Below, one piece after another: positions 7,907 through 15,865 of a DNA stretch of 25,804 bases. Each line of letters starts with the position of its first letter. The stretch's first letter is position 1. This DNA is from Candidatus Dormiibacterota bacterium (lineage in GTDB: Bacteria > Chloroflexota > Dormibacteria > Dormibacterales > Dormibacteraceae), in the NCBI GenBank assembly GCA_035260405.1, contig DATFVI010000111.1, positions 1-25,804 on the forward strand, given 5' to 3'. Both the position numbers and the translations under genes were made by a program. The notes under the pieces were generated by a model, which searched no databases, was not told the origin of the DNA, and was given only the letters and a program-made list of their open reading frames with translations.

Positions 7907-9357
7907 TCGTTCACCGGGACGCGCTGGGCGAACTCGCTCAGCTCGTCCAGCCGTTCCGCCACGAGCGCAAATCCCCGCTGCAGGCGCCGATAGAAGGTGG
8001 GCCGTGACAGGTGCAGCCGTTCCATGATCACCTCGTGGCTTCCCACGCGCTTGACGTAGTAGTCGAGCAGCAGCTTGCCCGCCTCGGCGTCGCGCGGTCC
8101 GCTGGAGGTCGCCAGCTCGCCGATCACGTCCACCAGCACCGCCCTGAGATCGGCGGCCGCCGAGCCACCGCGCGAAACCCCCGGAAGCTGACCGAGCGGG
8201 CTGCGTCCGAGGGCCTCCGGGGTGCCGAGGTCGTCGAGCGCTGCCCGCACCAGCTGCGGGCGGATCGTGCTCTCCGGATCACGGGTCCATCGCACCCCGG
8301 GCGGCGCCGCTGAGCTACCAGGGACCACCTCCAGCAGCGGAGTGATGGCTGCCGCCGAATTAGGCATGCCCGCCCGCAGCAGACGGCCGATCGCCCAGCT
8401 CACGATCGTCGCGGCCAGCACTACGCCCGCCCATAACGACCCGCTCCAGGCGCTCCCTACGAAAAACAACATCTCGATCATGTAGGTCAGGGTGAACGCC
8501 CCCGCGATCACCGCACACAGCGATGCGGTCGGACGTCCGGCCCGGCGTGCCGACCAGGCCAGCCACGCGTCGCCTGCCAGCCCCGCCGCCACGGCCGCCG
8601 GCAGGAGGTAGAAGTGCGTCTTGGTGACGACGACCAAGAGGCCGTTGACCACGAAAACGAGGGTTAGCGACCCAGGGCGCAACCGGAAGGTGCTTTTCAA
8701 AACGAGGCCGGTGACCGCCAGGATCGTCGACTGGACGAGCAAAGCGGATACACCGAGGTCTTGAGCGACCCAGCTGTCCACTCGCGCCGGCATCTGAGCC
8801 GGGTCGTTGGACGACCATGGGTCGATCAGCGGGTGGATGAACTGCGTGGCAAACGTGAAGACCGACAGGAGCAGCGCCGCTGACAGAAGCGTGATCACGC
8901 CCGCGGTGGCCTGGCCACGCCGCGCCGCCGAACGCAGCGGTCCGCTCACCATCACCGCCGCCGCCGCGATCTTGACGACGTTGGGAGGGGTGAAGAGTAC
9001 GTCGAGCCCCAGCGCGTTCCTGGGGCCGAATGTCCAGTTGTAGTCGGTGATCAAAGCCGCCCCGAATACGAGCGCCGCCGCAAGCGAGCCCGTGTAGCCA
9101 TCGGGAAGGGCTCGATTCCAGGGCTTACCCTCTCGAAGGCCCCGGCCAAAGAGGAAGAAGAGGAATCCCGTAGCCACAAACCATGAGGCGGTGAGCCCCG
9201 CCTGGCCGGCGTGCGCGGCGTCCTGGATGACGGTGCCGGGCACCTTCACTGTCGCGTATGCGTCGAGGTAGGCGCTGAAAACGAAGCAGGCCATCAAGAA
9301 GACGACCACCGCGTCGACCGCGCGAGGGTCGCCGAACGGCCGGCGGACGTCACTCAC
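7903..9357 (-). CDS. Polytopic membrane protein (~10 TM) with a C-terminal cytoplasmic sigma-70 region-4/LuxR-like HTH: a putative membrane-integrated transcriptional regulator. The ORF can extend to a GTG at 9462.
   Basis: About 10 hydrophobic helices, then a ~150 aa tail containing ...LLLDYYVKRVGSHEVIMERLHLSRPTFYRRLQRGFALVAERL..., which matches the pattern of ECF-sigma region 4 / Fis-LuxR HTHs. The GTG at 9357 is preceded by GGAAGGAG (10-nt spacer); the R-rich 35 codons upstream look non-coding. Confidence 0.6.
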   Translation of the reverse strand: MSDVRRPFGDPRAVDAVVVFLMACFVFSAYLDAYATVKVPGTVIQDAAHAGQAGLTASWFVATGFLFFLFGRGLREGKPWNRALPDGYTGSLAAALVFGAALITDYNWTFGPRNALGLDVLFTPPNVVKIAAAAVMVSGPLRSAARRGQATAGVITLLSAALLLSVFTFATQFIHPLIDPWSSNDPAQMPARVDSWVAQDLGVSALLVQSTILAVTGLVLKSTFRLRPGSLTLVFVVNGLLVVVTKTHFYLLPAAVAAGLAGDAWLAWSARRAGRPTASLCAVIAGAFTLTYMIEMLFFVGSAWSGSLWAGVVLAATIVSWAIGRLLRAGMPNSAAAITPLLEVVPGSSAAPPGVRWTRDPESTIRPQLVRAALDDLGTPEALGRSPLGQLPGVSRGGSAAADLRAVLVDVIGELATSSGPRDAEAGKLLLDYYVKRVGSHEVIMERLHLSRPTFYRRLQRGFALVAERLDELSEFAQRVPVND

Positions 9358-9401
9358 TTCTCGCCCACTCCTTCCCCGGGGCAAAGATACTGCCACCAGC
9401 C

Positions 9402-9450
9402 TGAGTTGAGCCGTCAATTTGAGACTGGTCTGAGACTGAATGTGAGACCG
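9402..9450. promoter_or_regulatory. Array of direct repeats: TGAGTTGAG, then TGAGACTG, TGAGACTG, TGAGACCG at 11-12 bp spacing, in the divergent intergenic region between the membrane-HTH gene and the small membrane protein gene.
   Basis: Repeats seen directly at 9402-9410, 9420-9427, 9431-9438 and 9443-9450. Helical-turn phasing is typical of binding arrays for winged-helix or region-4 type regulators. Confidence 0.3.
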
Positions 9451-9476
9451 CCTCGGCTGCACGCTGCGCCCTGCAA

Positions 9477-9812
9477 ATGCGAAACGCCCAGACAGCGGCC
9501 CCGATCTCCCGACTCGAATGGCTGGCGGCCGGTTGCCTGGCCGCGACTGTCTTCGTGTGGGCTTTCATCGACCTCGGCACCGAGACGCAGCTGCAGTGGC
9601 TCACCGAGACGGCATTGCTCCCCGTGGTCGGCCTGGTCATACCCCTGGCCGGATTGATCACGGGCAGCATCGCCGTTCTCAAGGGACGCGGTTTGGTGCA
9701 ACCCGCGTCCCTCATGGGCGCGTCGTCGCCGATGGTCGCGATCGGAGGCTTTCTCGTGGGTCTGGCGATCGCGATGGCGCGCTTCGAAGCGGTGATCTAC
9801 GCCGGGCCGTAG
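9477..9812 (+). CDS. Small hypothetical membrane protein (111 aa, 3 predicted TM).
   Basis: GC3 above 80% in this frame; three hydrophobic helices. Stops 24 nt before the peptidase gene, so it is probably co-transcribed with it. No SD seen. Confidence 0.6.
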   Translation: MRNAQTAAPISRLEWLAAGCLAATVFVWAFIDLGTETQLQWLTETALLPVVGLVIPLAGLITGSIAVLKGRGLVQPASLMGASSPMVAIGGFLVGLAIAMARFEAVIYAGP

Positions 9813-9836
9813 GCGGGGTATCGTCTTGTCTTGTAA

Positions 9837-11663
9837 GTGAGCGCAGCGGAGCAAGCCACCACCAAGCGGCGCGCGCCACGCCCGCTGGTTTACTCGTTTC
9901 CTCACACCACGCGCCGGTACTCCGGGCCCTCCGCACTGGCGTTCTCCCCTGACGGGTCGACCCTTGCCTTCGTCTCGCCAAAGGATGGTCCAGCGGTGCT
10001 GTGCGAGATCCCCGTTGCCGGGGGTGCGCCACGAACCTCGATCGCGATGGATGGCTACGTCCTTCATGGGCTCGCGTGGTCGAGCTCCGGCGATCTGTAC
10101 TACTCGGCGGACCAAGGCGGCACTGAGAGGTGGCAGGTCTTCGTGCGCCATCCCGACGGCCGGATCGAGGACTTCGCGGTAAGCGACGGTGATCGCGTGC
10201 AGCATCACATGTCACGGAACGCCGTGGCGCCCGATGGGAAGTCGGTGGCGATCAGCACAAACGCACGCGAGGAGGCCGACGTCGACATCGCGGTGCTGGA
10301 TGCACAGAGCAAGGAGCAGCGACTGCTCGTGGCCGATCCGGCATGGCATGTCGCCGGCGGTTGGTCGCCCGACGGTCGGTGGCTTTGCGCCATGCGCGTC
10401 GCGCAGAACACCGACCAGGACCTGCTCGCGATCGAGGTTGCATCTGGCGAGGTGGCGGACCTGACCAGCCACAACGGTGAGATGCAGAACACTCCCGCGG
10501 GGTGGCTCGCCGACGGCAGAGTCCTTGCGATCACCGACAACGGAAGCGACTTCCTCCACCTCGAGGCCATCGAAGTCTCTACCGGCGCGCGCGAGGTCTT
10601 CGATCAGCCCAATTGGGACGTCGAGCTCGCCGCGACGTCGGCCGACGGGCGGGGCGTTGCGTGGAGCGTCAACGAGAACGGCTATTCCCGCCTCAGGTGG
10701 CGGTTCGGCGACAACCCCGCTGGCGAGCGCGAGACCGGCGGATGGGTCGGAGACCTCGTGGTCTCGCAAGACGGGGCCAGGGCGGCTTACACCTTGTCGC
10801 CGGTGGACGGCCCGCAGGAAATTCGCATCGTTGACCTGCGTACGGGAGAAGGCCGGATCTTGACCACGGGCGACGCGGCTCCTGCCTACGCCGGGCGCCC
10901 CGAGGCGATCCGCATCCCCGGCACCGAGGGCGCCATTCCAGCCTACGTCTGGCGGCCCGCCGGCAAGGCGGCGTGCGGACCCGCGCTGCTTGTCATCCAC
11001 GGAGGCCCCGAGGGCCAGTCTCGACCCGTGCTCGCGTTCCCGGTGCTGCTCGAGCTGCTCAGCCGTGGTGTGACGATCGTCGTGCCGAATGTTCACGGCA
11101 GCACCGGCTACGGGAAGACCTGGCAGACTCGAATCCACCGCGACTGGGGCGGGATCGACCTCGCCGACTTTCGGTCGATCGCGCAGTGGATGCGCGAACA
11201 GCCCGAGTTCGACCTCGACCGGTTAGGGGTTTGGGGCGGTTCATACGGCGGCTTCGCCACCTTGACCTGCGTTACGCGCCTGCCCGGGTACTGGCGGTGC
11301 GCGGTCGAGCTGTTCGGGCCGTGCAACCTCGTGACGATGCTCGAAAACGATCCTCCGAACTGGCGCCGCTGGAATCGACTCTGGATCGGCGACCTCGAGA
11401 CCGATCGCGAAAAGCTGATCGAACGCTCGCCGATCACCTACGTCGACAACGTGCGTTGCCCGCTGTTGGTGTTCCAGGGGGACAACGATCCGCGCATCCC
11501 GCGGGAGGAGTCCGATCAGATCGTTGGCCGGCTGCGTGAGCTGGGCCGCACGGTCGAGTACGTGACCTTCGCAGGTGAGGGACATGGGTTCACGGGTCGC
11601 GACGCCGCGCAGCTCGTGCATGACCGGACCATCGATTTCTTCGAACGCAACCTGCTGGCCTAG
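9837..11663 (+). CDS. S9-family serine peptidase (prolyl oligopeptidase / acylaminoacyl-peptidase type) with an N-terminal PD40-repeat propeller.
   Basis: Repeated 'SPDG/APDG/SADG/SQDG' PD40-like blades in the N-terminal half. The C-terminal alpha/beta hydrolase carries nucleophile elbow GGSYGG, FQGDNDPRIP (Asp) and EGHGF (His). GTG start; a later start is possible. Confidence 0.85.
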   Translation: MSAAEQATTKRRAPRPLVYSFPHTTRRYSGPSALAFSPDGSTLAFVSPKDGPAVLCEIPVAGGAPRTSIAMDGYVLHGLAWSSSGDLYYSADQGGTERWQVFVRHPDGRIEDFAVSDGDRVQHHMSRNAVAPDGKSVAISTNAREEADVDIAVLDAQSKEQRLLVADPAWHVAGGWSPDGRWLCAMRVAQNTDQDLLAIEVASGEVADLTSHNGEMQNTPAGWLADGRVLAITDNGSDFLHLEAIEVSTGAREVFDQPNWDVELAATSADGRGVAWSVNENGYSRLRWRFGDNPAGERETGGWVGDLVVSQDGARAAYTLSPVDGPQEIRIVDLRTGEGRILTTGDAAPAYAGRPEAIRIPGTEGAIPAYVWRPAGKAACGPALLVIHGGPEGQSRPVLAFPVLLELLSRGVTIVVPNVHGSTGYGKTWQTRIHRDWGGIDLADFRSIAQWMREQPEFDLDRLGVWGGSYGGFATLTCVTRLPGYWRCAVELFGPCNLVTMLENDPPNWRRWNRLWIGDLETDREKLIERSPITYVDNVRCPLLVFQGDNDPRIPREESDQIVGRLRELGRTVEYVTFAGEGHGFTGRDAAQLVHDRTIDFFERNLLA

Positions 11664-11760
11664 CAGTGCGTTCGTGGGGAGCACGACCACTGGTTTCCCA
11701 TGGCGCTGGACTGTGACATTTGCCGACGACATCCAGGTCGGCGTCGCGTATACCTTGGGC

Positions 11761-12195
11761 ATGACGATCGCAAAGCCGGGCGACGAGGTATACCTCGACG
11801 CGCCGTACCTCACGATCCGCTGGCGCAGCATCCCTCAGATCCTCTACGCCGAATGGAAGGGGTTCGCCACCAGCGTCGAATTTCGATCCGCTCTGTTGAC
11901 CGGAGTCCGCGCCATCCGCGAACGGCACATCGTCGGCTACGTCAGCGATGCGCGGAAGGCGAAGGTTGTGCTCGCTGAAGACGAGAAGTGGGCCAGGGAG
12001 GTCTGGCTGCCACACGCCGTGGACGCAGGCTTGAAACGCATGGCGATCGTGACTGCGTCGGCCGGGCTCGGCAAGATGGCCTACGACGACGCGGCAAGTG
12101 CGATGGACAGCCACGGGCTGTCGATGAGGACGTTCGACTCAGTCGCCTCGGCGACGACCTGGGCCCTGACCGGGCTGAAGCCCGCCGCTCTCTAA
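11761..12195 (+). CDS. STAS-like (SpoIIAA-like / DUF3478-type) domain protein. The ORF frame opens at 11575 but overlaps the peptidase; the first non-overlapping ATG was chosen.
   Basis: The pattern ...IVGYVSDARKAKVVLAEDEKWAREVWLPHAVDAGLKRMAIVTASAG...SMRTFDSVASATTWAL resembles STAS_2 family proteins (conserved '..iAvV..' strand and C-terminal '..FD..eeA..WL'). Assignment is tentative. Confidence 0.45.
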   Translation: MTIAKPGDEVYLDAPYLTIRWRSIPQILYAEWKGFATSVEFRSALLTGVRAIRERHIVGYVSDARKAKVVLAEDEKWAREVWLPHAVDAGLKRMAIVTASAGLGKMAYDDAASAMDSHGLSMRTFDSVASATTWALTGLKPAAL

Positions 12196-12503
12196 CTAAT
12201 GCCGCCGGCGCTGCCGCCGGAACCGCCCGCACCGTAACGGCGCATGACCCCGCGCACCCAGTCCCTGGTTTGTCCCGTCTCGCGCGCCAGGCGGTCCAAT
12301 CCCCAGCCCCGCTCCCGGCGGGCCATGAAGTAGTCGGCGAAGCACGCGAACCCGTGACTCCTGGCGATGCTGCGCTCGAGCAGCAGCCGTTCCCGCACCT
12401 GCCTGCGGACGCCCAAACCGAAAAGGCGGCCGGCCAGGTCATGGTCGGTGCGGTCGTCGATCGGCCAGCGCATGTCGGTAAAGGAATGCCGCACCTGCCC
12501 CAT
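12192..12503 (-). CDS. Small hypothetical protein (103 aa), possibly HTH-like, ending in a Gly/Ser tail. Convergent with the STAS gene, with a 4-nt overlap of stop codons.
   Basis: GC3 of ~85% in this frame, against a poor, R-rich antisense ORF. Segment ...GWGLDRLARETGQTRDWVRGVMRRYG... is HTH-like. No family recognised. An internal ATG at 12473 is an alternative start. Confidence 0.45.
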   Translation of the reverse strand: MGQVRHSFTDMRWPIDDRTDHDLAGRLFGLGVRRQVRERLLLERSIARSHGFACFADYFMARRERGWGLDRLARETGQTRDWVRGVMRRYGAGGSGGSAGGIS

Positions 12504-12634
12504 TCCGAACTACGTGCGCCCGCCACATGGGCTGGTTGGCGGTCGCCGTGCGATGTGCACGGCTCTCAAAAATGAGAGACGCGCCAGCGCTCACCGGGAC
12601 GCTGACGCGTTTCAGTCGATCGGACGCCCGGCGG

Positions 12635-12904
12635 TTAGCTGGCTTCGGCCGTGACCTCGGCGAGCTCCCTGGGGTGGTAGGCGCTGAGTGCGTTCTCGAA
12701 TTCAACCATGAGCTCGTCGCCGGCGTCCATGGCGTCTCGCCTGGACCCTGCCTCGACTTCGAAGGTCAGGGTGTAGCGGTAGTCATGCCCGGTCGCCTGC
12801 TCGAGGCGGATGAAACCAGGAACGCGCGTGATCGAACGAACATCGGGATCCGACTCGGAAAGCGGTCTATCGATCTCTAGTGGGACGGAAACGAGAAATT
12901 TCAT
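12635..12904 (-). CDS. Small acidic hypothetical protein (89 aa).
   Basis: GC3 of ~74%, better than the antisense frame. Natural-looking composition. Lies downstream of, and on the same strand as, the propeller gene after a 160-bp AT-richer spacer. No SD. Confidence 0.45.
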   Translation of the reverse strand: MKFLVSVPLEIDRPLSESDPDVRSITRVPGFIRLEQATGHDYRYTLTFEVEAGSRRDAMDAGDELMVEFENALSAYHPRELAEVTAEAS

Positions 12905-13067
12905 GGGCGTGACGATAACACGAAGTTACGTCATTTGAAATTGTGTGAACCACACGTTGTCTTTCCTCAAATGAGGTCTGAGGGACACGAAAACCACCAC
13001 AAAACACTTCCCCGCTGGCGGGGCCATCAGTACCGGATGGAGAAATCGAATCCCCGCAGACCGGGAA

Positions 13068-14141
13068 TCAGGCGGCGCTGGCGAAAAGGACCATCACACC
13101 GCGAGCCTCGTCAAAGGCCATGGGCACGCCGAACGCGCCGGAGCGCGTCAGCGGAAGGACCGGACCCTTCGGCACCGGTACCTGGGCCCAGGCGGTCGAG
13201 TCCCATGCCCATGTTGTCGTGTGGCAGGCGGTTCGATCGCAAGCCGAGCTCTCCTGCTGAACGAGCATGACGCGGGCGCTCGTCTCGTCGTACCCCGTCG
13301 TTCCCGCCGAGATCTCCGGCTGAGCGTGCCGCTGCCAGCGCGAGCCGTTCCAGGTCCACGTGGCGCGGCTGCCTATGTAGACCAGCTGCTGGTGGGCCTT
13401 GTCGTACACAAGGTGGGCGTCGGCGCGGGCCTCGCCGGAGTCGATTCCGCCCGGCACCACTTTCCAGCTACTGCCATCCCACAACCAGGTGGTGCTGGAA
13501 AGCACAAAAGCCAAGAGGTCGCGGCCTTCGTCATAACCGGCCACGAACGTCAATATTTGGGTCCCCGAACCCGGGATCGGAATGCTGGGGCCGCTGGGTA
13601 GCGCCAGCTGCCCCCAGCCGGAACCGTCCCAGGCCCACGCGTGGCCCGCGCCGTTGACATAGACGACCTGCCCGAGCCGGCTGTCGAACAGCATTGCGCC
13701 CTGGCCTGCCGCCGTCGGACTCGATCGCGTTTGGTGCACTGTCCATGCGTTGCCATCCCACGTCCAAGTGTTGTTCACGTGCGCCACGCATCCGCCCTGG
13801 AATCCCATCACAAGGCTTGTGCACCCGTGATCCCAGATCACCATCACGGTATGCGTCCGGTCGTAAGCCATGTCCGCGTAGTTACTTGAGGGGCCTATGG
13901 CCGGCACCGAATGCATCGAGTACGTCGTTCCGTCCCACGTCCACAGCGCCGCGGGCCCCGGCCGCGCCGCGCCGTACAGAGGAGGCGTGGCTGGCTGCCC
14001 GCCCCGAATCGAAAGCCAGGTCGCGATCGACGCACCGACGAGCAGCGCGGCGATCCCGAGAATGGCGAGCACCCGGGAAGCCAGACCGCGGTCCGACCAC
14101 CGCCTGGGTGGGCTTGATCCGGAGACCTGCGTCGGCCACAT
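13068..14141 (-). CDS. Signal-anchored six-bladed repeat (beta-propeller-like) protein with a repeated T-W-x-W-D-G-x-x-W motif.
   Basis: N-terminal TM (VLAILGIAALLVGASIATWL), then six ~50-aa repeats each containing LWTWDGTTY, TWTWDGNAW, AWAWDGSGW, TWLWDGSSW, TWTWNGSRW or TWAWDSTAW. Resembles Kelch / galactose-oxidase-type blades. Confidence 0.75.
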   Translation of the reverse strand: MWPTQVSGSSPPRRWSDRGLASRVLAILGIAALLVGASIATWLSIRGGQPATPPLYGAARPGPAALWTWDGTTYSMHSVPAIGPSSNYADMAYDRTHTVMVIWDHGCTSLVMGFQGGCVAHVNNTWTWDGNAWTVHQTRSSPTAAGQGAMLFDSRLGQVVYVNGAGHAWAWDGSGWGQLALPSGPSIPIPGSGTQILTFVAGYDEGRDLLAFVLSSTTWLWDGSSWKVVPGGIDSGEARADAHLVYDKAHQQLVYIGSRATWTWNGSRWQRHAQPEISAGTTGYDETSARVMLVQQESSACDRTACHTTTWAWDSTAWAQVPVPKGPVLPLTRSGAFGVPMAFDEARGVMVLFASAA

Positions 14142-14367
14142 TCAACGCACTCTAAGGCCGGCCTTTCTCCGCCGTCAGCGTGATGGCATAACAGTCTTGG
14201 CCGCTCTCACCTTGTGTCAAGCACCTGATAAACCCGGGGGTCTTTCCGGTCTGAACCACCGTAGGAGGCGACCCTTGGCCAAAACTAGGCTGCTTTCTCA
14301 AGCGAACCGCAAAGCTCGTGTGAAATCGCGAGCGAAATCTTGACCAAGTCTTGGGAGGAGAAGCACT

Positions 14368-15813
14368 TTGAGTCTTTCTATTTATCTGGATATCGTGCCC
14401 ACGCCGACGTGGCTGGACCCAGGCCACACGGCCTGGCAGCTGGTCGCCGCAACGCTCGTCGGGCTGATGAGCGTTCCGGGCCTGGCGATTCTCTACTCCG
14501 GACTGATGAAGCGCAAGTGGGCGCTCAACTCCGCACTCATGGTCCTTTATGCATTCGGCGCGACCCTCGTCGTCTGGACCTTCTGGGCCTACAAGATGTC
14601 CTTCGGAGCGCCCCTGACAGACGTGCTGCATTTCATCGGCACGCCCGGAACGATCCTTTCTCCGACCGACCTACAGGGACAGGCCGTGATCCCGCTGCTG
14701 GTCGGCGCGATCCCCGACCTCAAATTCCCTCTCTCGGCCCTCGCCTACTTCCAGTTCGTGTTCGCGGCCATCACGGTCATCCTGCTGGCCGGTTCGATCC
14801 TCGGCCGCACGAGCTTCAAGGCGTGGATGCTCTTCGTTCCGATCTGGATCACTGTCGTCTATTCGGTCAACGCCTTCAGCATCTGGGGCGGCGGCTGGAT
14901 AGGGGCTTTCCCTTCATGGCTCAGCAAGTACGCCGGGGCGGGCGCGCTTGACTTCTCGGGAGGCTATGTAATCCACGTCGCGGCTGGAGTTTCGGGCCTC
15001 GTGGCGGCTTCCGTGATAGGCCCGCGGCTGCTCACCGACCGCGAGAACAACCGGCCGAGCAACCTGATCGCTGTGATCACAGGTGCCGGCTTGCTCTGGC
15101 TGGGCTGGAACGGTTTCAACGGGGGCGACCCGTACTTCGCCGGCGCCGACGCCTCCGCCGCCATCCTCAACACGAACCTCGCGGCGGCCACGGCGATGAT
15201 CGCCTGGATGTTCCTGGACGTCTTCATCGTCGGCCGGGTCACCGTCGGTGGGCTGGTCAACGGCATGATTGCCGGCCTGGTCGGCATCACGCCCGCCGCC
15301 GGTTACGTGGACGGTTACGGCGCCTTCGCGATCGGCATCGCGGCGGGCGTGATTCCGTTCTTCACCTTCAACTACCTGGTCAAGCTGCCTCCGTTCAACC
15401 GCATCGACGACACCCTCGGCGTCATGCACACGCATCTGATCGCGGGCGCGGTCGGAGGGCTGATGGTCGGCTTGCTGGCCGACCCCAACGTGGTGGTCTA
15501 CCCAGGGACGGGCAAGACCGCCTCGATCGCAGCCACCGGGCTGTTCTTCGGCAATCCACAGCAGTTCTACGCCCAGGTGATCGGGCTGGTTTTCATCCTG
15601 ATCTGGGACGGCGTCATGACCTTCGCGATCCTGAAGCTGATATCGATTTTCATCCCGCTCCGGCTCACAGACAAGCAGCTGGAGATCGGCGACGAGGCGG
15701 TTCACGGCGACGCGGCCTACGAGCTCATGCCGGTGCCTCCCGCGGCGGCCTACTCGGACGCTCCCGCCAGCCACGCGCCGCCGGCAGGGATGCCAACGCC
15801 AACGCACGCCTGA
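14368..15813 (+). CDS. amt: Ammonium transporter (Amt/AmtB family).
   Basis: Amt signature D.GHTAWQLVAATLVGLMSVPGLAILYSGLMKRK plus 11 TM helices. TTG start with an excellent SD (GGGAGGAG at 14353-14360, 7-nt spacer). No glnK follows. Confidence 0.9.
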   Translation: MSLSIYLDIVPTPTWLDPGHTAWQLVAATLVGLMSVPGLAILYSGLMKRKWALNSALMVLYAFGATLVVWTFWAYKMSFGAPLTDVLHFIGTPGTILSPTDLQGQAVIPLLVGAIPDLKFPLSALAYFQFVFAAITVILLAGSILGRTSFKAWMLFVPIWITVVYSVNAFSIWGGGWIGAFPSWLSKYAGAGALDFSGGYVIHVAAGVSGLVAASVIGPRLLTDRENNRPSNLIAVITGAGLLWLGWNGFNGGDPYFAGADASAAILNTNLAAATAMIAWMFLDVFIVGRVTVGGLVNGMIAGLVGITPAAGYVDGYGAFAIGIAAGVIPFFTFNYLVKLPPFNRIDDTLGVMHTHLIAGAVGGLMVGLLADPNVVVYPGTGKTASIAATGLFFGNPQQFYAQVIGLVFILIWDGVMTFAILKLISIFIPLRLTDKQLEIGDEAVHGDAAYELMPVPPAAAYSDAPASHAPPAGMPTPTHA

Positions 15814-15830
15814 CGCAAACGCAATTGATG

Positions 15831-15865
15831 GGCCGGGACCGATGCGGTCCCGGCCTCTTCTATTT
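15831..15865. terminator. Bidirectional intrinsic terminator between convergent amt and cysG: perfect 11-bp stem GGCCGGGACCG / CGGTCCCGGCC with a 3-nt loop, followed by TCTTCTATTT.
   Basis: Perfect hairpin plus T-rich tail seen directly, 18 nt after the amt stop and immediately 3' of the cysG stop. Confidence 0.6.

Noticed and set aside
10212-11138. 308-aa minus-strand ORF inside the S9 peptidase gene
   Set aside because: Antisense shadow ORF with low-complexity Arg/Gly/Asp composition. The plus-strand frame carries the catalytic-triad motifs.
12527-12880. 117-aa plus-strand ORF overlapping ORF 12635..12904
   Set aside because: Lower GC3 (~64%) than the opposite-strand frame (~74%) and R-rich composition. 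The minus-strand ORF is preferred, though neither is certain.
12934-12948. TGTGTGAACCACACG dyad in the same spacer, possibly a CRP-like site
   Set aside because: Half-site spacing (3 nt) does not match TGTGA-N6-TCACA. It is only a 5-bp imperfect inverted repeat.
12977-13064. tRNA-like 3' end (GAAATCGAATCCCCGCAGACC resembling a T-arm plus acceptor) in the AT-richer spacer
   Set aside because: No D-arm features (no GG in a D-loop, no U8). The acceptor pairing is imperfect (GGTCTGA versus GCAGACC) and there is no plausible anticodon arm. It is probably a chance TCGAATCC match.
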